64,000 nucleotides of DNA from the human T2T-CHM13v2.0 reference genome, Homo sapiens, in assembly GCA_009914755.4 (NCBI GenBank), contig CP068257.2, positions 42,944,001 through 43,008,000 on the forward strand, read 5' to 3'. Position 1 is the first letter of the stretch; each line of letters opens with the position of its first letter. Shown in pieces: positions 29,628 to 41,900 of the stretch. The notes under the pieces are model-generated. The model had not been told where the DNA came from. It was given only the letters and a program-made list of their open reading frames with translations, and did not search any database. Position numbers and translations under genes: made by a program.

Positions 29628-29633
29628 AATAAA
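29628..29633 (+). terminator. KRTAP10-8: poly(A) signal AATAAA for KRTAP10-8
   Basis: ctccccaataaactctcc, about 300 nt after the stop codon. Confidence 0.7.
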
Positions 29634-32600
29634 CTCTCCTTGGTCACCTGATTCTCTTTTCCTGTTGTTCTCCTGGGAGGACACACGGTTTTGAGCTGAC
29701 ATTGGTCTCCTCCAGCCATGACCGTTTCTAGGAGTGAGTTACTTAACCTAGAAGTCACAAGGGACAGTGGCCTAACTCCTCCAGGGGGTCACCAGGTGGG
29801 ACTCACGGTCACTCCCAGGAAGGCTCAGTCCCGGCTCAGCCCCTGTGACCGGGTCTTCCTGAGCCTGGTCATTCGCTGTAGTGCCCTGGGCTGTGGGGCT
29901 CTCCAGGCCCCAGGACCAACCCACCCACTGTCCCACCTGGGAGAGCCCACCCTACAGAGTCACCTGCCGGGAAGCTGGCCTGGGTTCCGGGCACTGCAGC
30001 CTCCAGGCCTGGTCACCCTCCCTGTGTGCCGCCCGCCCGAGGGTTCTGCTCGCTTAGCAGCAATGCGAGGGGAGAGGGAGGGGCTGCTGCACCTGCGCAG
30101 GAGACAAGGGACTCGATGGGAACAAAAGCATCATGGAGTGGGTGGAGGGACACACAGGATTCCCCCAGGATCTTGATGGAGACAAAAGCATCATGGGGTG
30201 GGTGGAGGGATGGGATGGGGGGATGCTTGCTGCCGACTGGGACATTCCCCAAGGCCCGCCGCCCCTGCCCCTGAAATGTGTGTCCTTCACGTCGTTTAGG
30301 TGCGCGACTTATGATTTTCAAGGCTTGTCCCTAATCTCTCCCAGGCCAGGCCTGGCCAGGTTCTTCAAGGCCCTGTGGCTCTGCCGCCCCGACCGGGGTC
30401 AGGGGTCCACACGGCTCCAGCTCAGGCCTCTCCTCCTCCCACCCTGCCCAGCGGCATAGGGACTGCCCCTGCTCTGCTGGGCTTGCCCATCCTGCCGTAG
30501 GTCCCTCACCTGATGACGCCATGAGCTCCTGCTCTGGTGTCTGTCGGGGTGTCTGGTGTCTGTCTCTGGGGACCTCAGCTCCCCCATCTTGCTCTGTCCA
30601 CAGCATCAAGCCCCCCGCCCACTGCTTTGACCATTCACGATCTGTGACGCCAGCGTCACTCTCCCCCTCTACACCCATTCAAGCACAGCACACGGTCTGA
30701 GCTGGGGATGGCCGTCCCCACTGACGTCAGGCAGCCCTAAGTTGGCCTGTGCCGTGCACTTTGCATCACCAGCATGGGGACAGCGCCCAGAGACACGACC
30801 AGTAGTCACTGTGGCTGGAGGGAGCCCGGCTCCACAAGAGGCACCGTCCCCAGGGGGCTGTCAGGGTGGGCTCCCTTGCAGACAGGGAGTCCAAGAAACC
30901 TCTGCCATTCGTGAGTGACCAATCCCAGGGCCCAGGCGAGGGTGGAACAGAGTCCCTGGTCTGCCCTTCTCTCCTCCCAGTTCCAGGCTCGGTTCCTGGC
31001 AGGGCCGTGTGGCCGGGCTCCGGAACGTTCCTACTGGCCCCTCTCCCCTCTGACGGGGCCTGCCTGGGGGTGTTGGGCTGGGGGGACCATCACCAGCAGA
31101 CAGATGAATGCATGACAGACTTCTCCAATGAGACACACAGAGCAAGAGTTCAAGAAGACTCTGATGTGCTTGACTCCATAAGCAGACAGTAACCTCTCTA
31201 TGCCACAAGACGACAGCAGAAAACCAGTGAAAAAGGAAGCCACGGTGTGTGAGAAGACACTCGACCGAGAAGATTTCAATGAGACAAAAGCATAAACTCC
31301 CAGGAGGAAATAGGCATGGACAGGCTACTCCCACCCAGCGGCCCAAATGGCCTTGGAACATGAGACATCGGCACCCCTGGAAGGCAGGCACCTGCCGACA
31401 GGAACCCCAGGCACCTCACCCCACCTGTCCTGGAAGAAAAAGCTGGACACACCCATCGCTCACCGGACGTGGCAGGCAGGAGCTCCAGCTGGCTGTGGAA
31501 ATGGGGGATTGGCACCACTGCTTTGGGAAGAGGCGGGGCCGTATCCTACCATGTGAGAGGCCCTCCTGGACTCCGCCATGGGCAGTGCTGAAAAATCTCC
31601 GGCGCATGTACGTAAGCGGCACTGTTTGTTACCATGAAAAATTAGAAACAACCTAAATATCCATCCACGAGGGAATGGAGGCGAATGGAGCCAGCGCCGC
31701 ACCACGGGGAGGCCCTGCACGAGGGCCGTGCGCTCACCCGACCCGCACACACGCAGGAGCGCGAGTGCCCAGGCTGCGGAAGAGAGTCCAGGCCGCACAG
31801 GTGCCAAGCGAGGCAGCGCTCTCTGGCCTGGGGACACGCTGTAGCAGTTTGTGTAAATAAGTGGATGGGATCCCACCTCTCAGCGGATTTTCCAGAGAAA
31901 TAGCTGGGGGATTAAAGACATTTTTACCATGGAATTAATGACAGCGGGGATCTCACCACCCAGCTTAACCAGATGTCATTAATTCCATAACCAAAGGTTT
32001 TTTTTTTTTTTTTTTTAATTTATTCTGGTTTTTTGGAACCATTTGAAATTCAGTGCTGTAGCCACATGGCGGCACCTCCCCCGGGTCTCTCTGCAGGTGC
32101 CTCCTGGAAGTGAGGGCTTTCTCCCGCCTGCCCACAGCGAGTGCAGCTGAAGATGGCCAACTTCTATATATATATAGTTATCAAAAGAAGCAGAACATCA
32201 TGCAACAGTCGTATCCAAATTTCCCAAAAAGCTCCCCAAATTGGAATCAGATAGGTCTGTGCACTGCCCTGGTGACCCTGACGTTCTCGTCTCATTTAAC
32301 CCAGGAGCGTCCTCCCGGGACCAGACCCTGAGCATTCTGGACACTGCTGGGAGGTCTTCATCAAGGAAAACACGCCCATGAGACAACTACTTCAGGCGGG
32401 GCCGCCAGGGACGCCAAAGCCACTGTCAGGAGGTGCTTGAGCAACAGGGTGTCCCCACAGTGCCACATCCCCCAGCGGAGGCCACACAGAGAAGACCACC
32501 CCATCGCCACAGACAGAGGTCGGCAGCACCTGGGCAGAGTGCAGCGTGTCGGCGGGCACCTCCCAGCGGGGCTTCCTATGTGTCACTGCACACATGCTTA

Positions 32601-33494
32601 GGCTCTCAGCCCGAGGCCACATCTGTTCGATGCAGGCAAAGGCAGCTGCCCCAGATCCCTGCCAGGGTCACCTCTGCTCTAACAACATGACAGCAGGGAA
32701 CAAACCCCAGGGGAGGTGGACGCTCTCACGGTGCCCTTTTGTCTCTAAAGCGGGGAGAGATCTTACAATTCTTCTTTTTCTCTGCCAGGATGTTGCCTTG
32801 GGGGTGGGCACCTCCCTTCTCCACCCCACACCACCTTCCACACAACCACAGACACAAGGCTGGGGCACTGGCCCAAATGTCACAGGTGTGCAGCCACAGG
32901 GCTCTTACCTTTCACAGCCTGTCAGCCCCCGACCCTGGTTCCCCAGTCCCTCACCATGCTGCCTGGCCCTGCCTCCTCCTCCTCCCTGCCAGGTGCCTTC
33001 CAGAGCTTCACAGCCTCCTTCTCCACCTCCCACAACTCCAGTCCCTCTTCTCAGATCAGTGGGGCAAGCCTGGCTTTGTTTACCTGGAACCCGAGACCCT
33101 GCCCTGGTCAGCACCCAATTCGAGAGCTCTGCTCAGCAGTGAGAATGAGACACCGTGACAATGCGGCTGTGCACCGGACACCTGGCTCAGCGCAGGCAGC
33201 GCACGGACAGAGTCTGCGGTGTGACCACACCAAGCAGCCCTAAGGCAGCACGTGCCCGCACAAGCCTCAGCCTCTGCTCCGGTCACGCCTGCCCACTTGG
33301 GTGTATTTTTTGTCTGACTTTTGCTTCTGGGGCCGAACAACCCAGCGAATTCAACACAGCCCCAAGGCTGGGCTAAAAGTTCCTGGGAGGAACACGCGCC
33401 ACAGCCTAGACACCCACCAGGAAAAGCAACCAGGAAAGGAGGGTGCAGTGGGGAACCCTGCTAGAAAACACACATGGGGGGTCTCTAAAACCCC

Positions 33495-33990
33495 AAGGGC
33501 CCCAAGCACCTCACTCACTCACCCACTCACTCACCTCACTCACCCACTCATGCCTCCCCCAGCTCACCTCCTCCACACCCCCAGCATGGCCACGTCCACC
33601 ATGTTCATCTCCTCTAGCACTTGCACTGACTCCTGGCAGGTGGCAGAGGCCCCAGCTGTGCTGGGAGGTGGGACATGGGGGGACACTTGGGCTCCAGCTG
33701 TCCCAGCGCTCAGGGAGTTCTACTCAGGGACAGCTTGGGCATCCTGGCCTCCTGTGCATGCTCACAGATGCTCAGGGGCGCCCTCTGCTCCAGCCCCAGG
33801 CTTGCCGCTGGGATGCAGAACAGAGAACAGACACACGGCCTCTGGAATTCCCTGTGCTGGGCTGGGTGGGCGGAGGGCCCCAATGGCAGAGGAAGTCCAG
33901 GACAGCGTGGGGACACATGCAGACCAGAGGGTGAGAGAAACACATGGACACACAGGTCCAGTTGTAGCCAGATGTGGTTTCAAACAGGAT
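33495..33990 (+). pseudogene. KRTAP10-like deletion pseudogene. It keeps the CACTCA-rich leader, ATG and about 20 codons, fused directly to a homolog of the KRTAP10-9 distal 3' flank. The TATA box is mutated.
   Basis: 33586 onwards reads atggccacgtccaccatgttcatctcctctagcacttgcactgactcctggcaggtgg (MATSTMFISSSTCTDSWQV). From 33648 the sequence aligns with 45140-45500, downstream of KRTAP10-9. The expected tataaaag is tctaaaac at about 33483-33490. Most of the coding region is absent. Confidence 0.8.
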
Positions 33991-34523
33991 TGAGCAACAG
34001 ATTCCTAGAAATACAACTGCAGGCAAGGGATGCTGGCAAGGTGTGGCCGTGACCAGGTTGCCTGCAAGAGGCCCTGAGTCTTTACTTCTTAAGAGCTATA
34101 CAATCACAATGCTGGGGGCACACGTTATTCTTTCTTTGCCAATTTAATAAAGAAAAATATCTTATGGTTTTCTTCAGCAAGCTGCGCAGTGTTCCAAAGC
34201 GTGAACACGCTGCACTTGATGTCTGCAATGCCAGGTGGATGGCACTGAATGTCTCTCTAGTTGTTCTTTATTACAAACGACACTTCTGTGTGTGTTTCCA
34301 CTATATACCTTTCCACACTCAGATATGTGTTTGCCTAAATTCCTAAAAGTGGCACTTCTAAGCTGGAGTGTTAGCAGATTTCAAATTCATAAAGATATTT
34401 AGAAATACCCTCAAAAAGAGTGTCCAAACTGTGCCTGCTAAGACCGATGACAGAGGAAATGGTGGAGCGGGGAACTGTAAGGGCCTGTCCCTCCACAGAA
34501 CATCAGAAACTGGCAAAACAAAC

Positions 34524-34888
34524 AGATATGGTTGGACTTTTTGTCCCCATCCAAATCTCATCTTGAACTGTCATCCCCAGGTGTTGAGGGAGAGACCTGG
34601 TGGGAAGTGATTGGATCATGGAGTTGGTTTCCCCCATGCTGTTGTAGTGATAGTGAGTTCTCACCAGATCTGACAGTTTTATAAAGCAGTTTTCCCTGCT
34701 CTCACTTGCTTCTCTCTCGTGCCACCATGTGAAGAAGGTCCTTGCTTCCCCATTGCCTTCCACCATGACTGTAAGTTTCCTGAGGCCTCCCCAGCCATGT
34801 GAAACTGAGTCAATCAAAGTTCTTTCCTTTATTAATTACTCAGTCTTGGATAGTATCTTTATAGCAGTGTGAAAAAGGACTAATACAC
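34524..34888 (+). mobile_element. THE1/MaLR-family solo LTR
   Basis: Runs from gatatggttggactttttgtccccatccaaatctcatcttgaactgtcatccccaggtgttgagggagagacctggtgggaag to gcagtgtgaaaaaggactaatacac. Confidence 0.75.
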
Positions 34889-35169
34889 AAACAAACAAAC
34901 ACTACCTGGTAAAATCAACTTTATCCAAACTCTGGAAAATGGTCAAAGCTTTGCAGCAAGCAAGGGAACACATAATCAAGTAAAAGCAACAGAGCCCAAT
35001 AGGAGAACCTTGTGGATTTTAACTTCCCCTTGCCCCATCCCCCATCCCCAGCTGGGTGACAGTCAGGAAGGCAGCAGCCGGAGTTCCTGGTGTGGGGTGC
35101 TGCTGCCAGGGAAGCAGAGTGGACCTTGTTTGTAAGGCAGTGCAGTTGCCTGTTTCGACCGTCTGGTGG

Positions 35170-36850
35170 CTCCCTGAAGGACTAACACACAGGGCTTGCC
35201 TTATTTCACCAACTCAGACTATCTCAAGGTAGAGGAGCAGCTATATGGAGGGTGTGTGTTACAACGTTTAAAGGTAAATGAACAAGTCACTGACACCTAA
35301 GTCAAAAATTTTCAGTTGGGAAAACACTGGACACCCCTAAAAAGCCTGGGAGGAAAAGCTAGGAGATGACATGCTTTGAGGAATAAGGGAGTTAGAAGGT
35401 TCCACATATTTTTAGAGTCCAGAAAGCCCCCGTGCATGTCTATGATGGGGCACTGGCTCAGAAAAGAGCTGAGAAGCTCTCATTGCTCACCTCTGGCTGA
35501 ACCTCAGGCTCTGAGCAAGCAGGAAGTGAAGGTGCAAGCAGGAAGTGAAGGTGCAAGCAGGAAGTGAAGGGGAAGGCAGAGTCACAAACTCCCCAGCCGA
35601 GTGCTGAAGGCGTGGACCAACATACAGAGCCCAGCTACAAACCCTGAAGAAAAATAAGTTTTTGATTCCAGGGGTTTAAGGAACTCTCTGTCAAATTACT
35701 ATCTCAGCACTAAGCTAATAGAACAGTGAGCACACATGGTGAAGAAACTATTTTTAAAAACTGACAGAAACAAACAAAAACAACCACAATCCACAACAAT
35801 CAGCAACAGCAAACTGCGCAGAGGGAGGAGAGCCTGATACCCAGAAATATCCCATTGTAATTGTCACTGTGCAGTTTTCACCAGAGGCATGTGCCATGCA
35901 AAGCAGCAAGAAATATAAGCTACTCATGAGGAGGAAAAGCAATTAATGGAAAATCTTCCTGAGGAAGCCCAGAATTGGACTTATTAGACAAAGCCTTTCA
36001 ATCAACTCTCTTAAACATGTTTAAAAAACTAAATACAATCACAGACAATGAATTAAGATAAACCAGGAGAATGATACCTCACCAAATAGAGAATATCAAT
36101 AAAGAGATAGGAGGAAATTTAAAAAGAAATTAAATAGAAGTTCTGGAATTGGAAAGTACAGTCACTGAAATAAATAACTCATGATATGGTTTCAACAGCA
36201 GATTTTAGCAGCTATAAGAATTAGTGAACAAGAAGATAGATCCATTGAAGTATTCTTGTCTGAGGAGTAGATGAGAAAATGAGGAGCAGATGAGAGAATG
36301 AATAAAAATAAACAAATCTGAAAAGACCTGTGGGACACCATCAAGCATACCAACACACTTAGCAGGATTTCCAGTTGGAGGGGAGACAGTGGGAGCAGAA
36401 AAAATAGTTGAAGAAATAATGGCCCAAACTTCCAGAATTGAGGAAACACATCAATCTAACTCAGAGGGATTCACATAAAAACACAGTATAATCAAACTCT
36501 CAAAAGTCAAAACAAAGAGAGAATGTAAAAAGCAGTGGGACGGAAGACTAACAGCGGATTTCTCATCAGAAACCATGGAGGCCAGAACGCGTTGGGATGA
36601 CATATTTAACATGCTGGGTTTGGGCACAGGGGTGGGGAGCACCCAACAACCAAAAAGACGTCTTCATCTGGCAAAGTGATCCTTCAAAAGTGAAGAAGTA
36701 ACACATTTTGAGGTAAATAAAACCTGAGAGCTCGTTGCTGAAAGATGTCCCTTACAAGAAATGCTAATTCAGGCTGAAATACAAAGGCAGTCGATAGTAA
36801 GCTAAAGCAATATGAATGAAGAAAGGTCAACAGCAAAGGTAGCCATGTTG
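35170..36850 (+). mobile_element. Old L1 5'UTR plus ORF1 region on the plus strand. It includes a GAAGTGAAGG-type minisatellite at about 35510-35580.
   Basis: ORF1-like sequence is present (…gaaaagacctgtgggacaccatcaagcataccaacacacttagcagg…). The region is homologous to 46715-48900. Confidence 0.65.
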
Positions 36851-36869
36851 GTAGTTTGTATGTTTATAG

Positions 36870-37860
36870 GAGTTTTTCCATTACATCTTGGTTATCTAAT
36901 TTGTTGGGTACAAATATTCATAGTATTCCTTTATAATTATTTTTATTAACGTAAGGTCAGTAGTGATGTTCCCATTTTCATTTACGATTTTAGTTATTTG
37001 AATCTGTCTTCCTTTAATCAGTCTAGACAGAGGTTTGTCAAATCTGTTGCTCTTCTCAAAGAACCAACTTTTTTGTTCCTTGATTCGATTGATTTTTAAA
37101 ATTTCTATTCCATTTATCTGCACTCTAGTCTTTATTTTCTACCTTCTGCTAAATTTGGATTCACTTTGCTCTTTTTCTAGTTCCTTAAGGTGTAAAGTTA
37201 AATTAATGATTTGAGATGTTTCTATTTTTTTATGTAAGCATTCCTAGCTATCAATTTCCCTCTATGTACTGCCTTCATTGCATCTCGTTAAGTTTTGGGT
37301 TACTGTGATTTCTTTCTCATTCCTTTCCAAGAGTTTTCTATCTTCTCTTTGAATTCTCCTTTGACCAATTGGTTGTTTGAAAGTGTGCTATTAGGTTACA
37401 CATATTTGTGAATTCCAGCTTTTCTTTTGTTACTGATTTCTAGTTTCCTTCCATTGTAATCAGAGAAGATACTCTGTATGATTCAAATCAATTTAGATTA
37501 TTGAGGCTAGTTTTGTGGCCTAAGGTAAAATCTAATCTGAAGAATGTCCCATGTGAACTTGAGGAGAGTGAGTTTTCTGCTGTAGTTGGGTTGTGTGTTT
37601 TTGCACATATCTGTTAGACCCAGTAGATTTATGTCATTTTTCAAGTCCTCTATTTCCTTATTGAATAAAAATTTAGTTCTGTTATTTTACACTTTTTTAA
37701 ATTAGAGAGAATGGCTTATTGAAGTCTCAAACTCTTACTGTAGAACTGGAACTGTCTATTTCTTTCTTCAAATCTGTCCATTTTTGTTTCATATACATTG
37801 GTGATCTGATGATAAACATGTATATATTTATAATTGATATATCTTATTGATGGATGGACA
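36870..37860 (-). mobile_element. L1 ORF2 segment in inverted orientation, the 5'-inversion partner of the preceding L1
   Basis: Reverse-complement L1 ORF2 sequence. The same plus-strand ORF1 followed by minus-strand ORF2 arrangement recurs at 46715-50340. Confidence 0.6.
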
Positions 37861-39234
37861 TTAATCACTACATAATGTCCTGTGGGCCCAGCCCCCGCCG
37901 ATCAGTCTGCTCCAGCTTCTGTATGACAGTGGCTTCCTCATCAGGCTCCTTTCCTGGCCTATGGCTGGCCCCTCCCCAGTAGGGCCATCATGTCCCCAGG
38001 TAACATCCACGTGGCCCCCTGGGCAGCACATATCATTCCTCAGTTGCTCTCACTAGAAGCCAATACTTCAGGCCCCACTTCCTAAGGTCTGGAAAATTAT
38101 GGCAGCCTAATAAAACAAGCTGATAAATTTAAGACTGGTATTATTTCTCTCCCAGTTGTTTGAGAATATTCAGCAGGGAAAGTATTTGGGTCTGTAGTTG
38201 GCTCTGTAGGAAAGCTTTTGATGTTAGATTCAAGTTATTTAATCAATATGGGATATTTGTATTTTTTTTCCTTTTGTGTGGATTCGGTGTCTTGACAAAT
38301 ATAGACAGTTGTGTCTCCACCAACACAATCAATACATAGACTCCTCTCATCATCCCATACATTTCCCTCATGGCCATTTGTAGTCATTCCACATCCCCAT
38401 CCTAGTCCCTGGCAGCCACTGACATTTTTTTTGGTCCCTTTACAATTACCTTTTCCAAAATGTTATATGCATGGAACCCCATGGTGCTTAGTATTTTGCC
38501 ATATAACATAAGACTTAAATAGACCCTTCCCTAAAGAGCAGGTACAGATGGCAAATAAATACATGAAAACATGCTCCACATCATGAGTCATCAGGGCAAT
38601 ACAAACTTAAACCCCAAAGGACTCTCTCTGTATAGCTGTGTTGACTAAAGTAACAACACATCTGCTGTGCAGGACTGGCAAGAATGTGGGGCTTTGCTGA
38701 TACGTTTGAGCTTAAACCTCCCATCTCATTTTGGTTTTTGCTTACGCAAGGAATCTACTCCCTTTTATCTCCTTGCTTTACTGCTTTTGGATCTAGTGTT
38801 TTGAGATTTTTTATGCCCCCATCTTCCCCTCACTGTATTAGTTCCTTGGGCTGCCACATCAAATGTCACCAAAAAAGTGACTTATAAGAGTGGAAATTTA
38901 TTATCTCGCAGTTCTTAGGGCCAGGCACCTGAAATGAAGATATCCACAGGGCCATGCTTTCTCTTAGCTCCAAGGGAGACTCTGTCCTTGCTGCTTCTAG
39001 TTTCTGGTGCTCCCAGCAAACCTTGGCGTCCCTTGGCTTATAGCTGCCTCATGACAATCTTTGCCTTGGCTGTCATACGCCGTCTTCCCTTTGTGTGTGT
39101 GTTTGAACTTCCTTCTCCTTTCTCTGATAAAGACATTAGTCATTGGATTTAAGGTTCACTATAACCCGGTATGACCTCATTTTAACTAATTTCATCTACA
39201 AAGACCCTATTTCTATGTAAGGTCACATTGTGAG

Positions 39235-39643
39235 TGATATGGTTTGGTTGTATGGCCCTGCCAAATCTCATGTTGAAATGTGATCTCCACTGTTGGAGGT
39301 GGGGCCTTGGGGGAGCTATTTGACTCATGGGAGCGGATCTCTCATGACTTAGTAGTGCTGTCCTTGTGATAGTGAGGGAGTTCTGGCAAGATCTGGTTAA
39401 GCGTGTAGCACCTCCCATCCCCCACTCTCTTTCTCTTGCTACTCTTTTGCCATGTGACATGCCCACTCCCCCTTCACCTTCCACCATGAGCAAAGCTCCC
39501 TGAGGCCTCCCCAGAAGCTGAGCAGATGCCAGCGCCATGTTTCCTGTACAACCTGCAGAACCATGAGCCAACTAAACTTTCGTCTTATAAATTACCCAGT
39601 CTCAAATATTTCTTTATAGCAATGCGAGACCAGCTTAACACAG
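39235..39643 (+). mobile_element. THE1/MaLR-family LTR, preceded at about 38880-39234 by another LTR-like interspersed repeat
   Basis: Runs from tgatatggtttggttgtatggccctgccaaatctcatgttgaaatgtgatctccactgttggaggtggggcc to gcaatgcgagaccagcttaacac. Confidence 0.7.
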
Positions 39644-41760
39644 TGAGGTTCTGGGTGGATATGACTTTTGGGGAGGCAAGATTCAACCCACTACACTCAT
39701 CTACTTCCTCCTGAGTTGTATATTCTTTCATTACTCTAGTGGAGATTACAACATGAATCTATGACTTTTTAAAGTCTAATGTAAATTAGATCTTATATTA
39801 TTTCCCAGATAGTATAGTGTACTAAGACTGCTTTAACTTCATGTAGCCCCCTCCTGAATTTTGTGATCTTCTTGCCATGTATTTCATTTCTATAAATATT
39901 TTACAACTTCTAAGACATCTTATACAGTAAATATTCATTTAGATTTCCCCATGTTGTCCTCCTTTTGTTACACTTCATTTCCTTTTCGACTTCTTGCTTC
40001 CATCTGTGATCATTTTCATTCTGCCTAATTATCTTTTTATTTTCTGTAGTGCAGATCCTACTGGTGACACAACCTCTCAGCATCCAGAGAACATCATTTT
40101 CCTGTCCTCATTTTTGAGGATCTTCTTCCCAGGTGTAGAATTCTAGCTTGGTGCTTCTTTTCTTTCAGACAGTAAATATATCATTCCATCATCCTCTGGC
40201 TGCCATCATTTCTACTGAGAAGTCATCTGTAAATGCTATTGTTGCTTCTTTAAAGGTAATATTTCTTTTTTTTTCCCTTGGCTGTTTTTAAATTTTTCTC
40301 TGTCTTTGGATTTCAGCCCCAATATGCACAGGCATGGTTTCCTTTGTATTCACCTTGCTAAACATTCTTAAATGCTTTTTGCATCTATGGGTTAATGTTT
40401 TTCATCACTTTAAACTTCTTGTCTATTAAACCTTCAAATATTTTACTACCCTTATTTTACTCATCTCCTCCTATGATTTCAACCATTTATATTCATAATT
40501 ATTTACAACATAAGGGCATGCTTACTACTCCACTTTCTTCATTTCCCTCTTTTCTTTCCCATCTCTGTACTCAGGGCTGAATTTCCTCATCTCCCTTTCT
40601 TCACTAATCTTCTCTTTGGTTTTGTCTAATATGTTGTCTAGCTAATCTACTTAGTTCTTAATTTCAGCTATTATGTTCATTTCCAGAATTTCTGTTTGAT
40701 TCCATTTCATAAATCTAGTTTGACACTGAAATTCTCCATTTGTCCTCTGGTTTTTTGAGCAAGCTAATCAGCATTATTTTAAATTCCAGTTTGACAATTC
40801 TAATATCTAAAGGTCCTGTGTATCTGTTTCTCTTGTTTGCTTTTTCCTCTTGGTCCTTTGGTCAGTTGGTTTGTCTTCTAGTAGCCCTAGTAATTTTTGA
40901 CTGAATCCAGGACTTCATGAAAATTTCCAAGATGATTTGAGCCTCTGTTGATGCTGCTGTCTCCAGAAGAGATCACTTTTGTTTCTGGGAGGCACTTAGG
41001 CTACAGGCAGATCATATGAGTTCAATACGAGCTGATTTAAAGGTGGGCTTCATTCTTCTTTCCGTTTTTTCCTTCATCCTAGGGCGTAATCCTTCACTTA
41101 TATTCACTGTTTCCAACTGACAGTCTGTTGTTGTTGTTGTTTTACCAGAATCCCTCCCCCTTGTCAGGTCCTGAACTCTATGTTTTTGTCTTCCAATTGT
41201 ATGAGACTACTAAAAGCTGTGCTCAGCCTCAGCCTCATGGCTGTAGTCTGTGAATCAGTAAATGCCTCAATAAGAAAATCCAGAAGAAATATTAGACTCA
41301 CTTCTGTGCACTTTCCCTCTAATAGGGATTCACTCACTCAAGTCTCAGCTGTCTTGGTGACTCCTGGTGCCCTCAAATAGAGATTTTGTTTGTTAAACCA
41401 GGTTTCCTAACTTTTCTCAGCTAGATGGCCAGTCTGATGTCAGCCAATTCCCCACACACAAAAGCAGAACTTGACAGAGAGTTTTATACAGCATAAGAAA
41501 AAGGTAGCATAATGGAATCGTTTTCAGAGGTCAAAATTACTCTTCGATAATTTCTCCAAAAACATTTATTATTTCAGCCCATTTTTATGAAGGATCTTCC
41601 CTATTCCAGGCATTATTTTAGGCCCTCAGAGACTGAGTGGTGAACAAGACAACCACACTTCCTGCCCACATGAAGCTTACCTTTGAAGAATGGGAGCTGA
41701 GCACAGCAAAGAAAATGAGCATGAAAAGTTAGGAGACTTGGCACAGAAATACTGATGATG

Positions 41761-41900
41761 GGCCACGCACGGTGGCTTACGCCTGTAGTCCCAGCAATTT
41801 GGGAGGCCAAGGCAGGAGGATCACTTGAGCCCAGGAGTTCAAGACCAGCTGGGCAACATAGCAAGACTCTGGTCTCTACAAAAAAATTTTTTTTTACAAA
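41761..41900 (+). mobile_element. Free Alu left-monomer-like fragment (about 140 bp) with an A/T tail
   Basis: ggccacgcacggtggcttacgcctgtagtcccagcaatttgggaggccaaggcaggaggatcacttgagcccaggagttcaagaccagctgggcaacatagcaagactctggtctctacaaaaaaa. Confidence 0.8.

Noticed and set aside
30111-30228. Approx 60-bp tandem duplication (…gatggg/gagacaaaagcatcatggrgtgggtggaggga… x2)
   Set aside because: Only two diverged units are present, in GC-rich unique DNA, with no coding or regulatory context. It is too weak to call a feature of interest.
32990-33560. Runs of CACTCA / CTCACTCA (for example 33497-33560, 17010-17050, 53790-53840, 62840-62880) considered as a standalone microsatellite
   Set aside because: They always occupy the interval between the TATA box and the ATG of a KRTAP10 gene, or of the pseudogene. 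I therefore treat them as the family's conserved 5' leader rather than an independent repeat locus.
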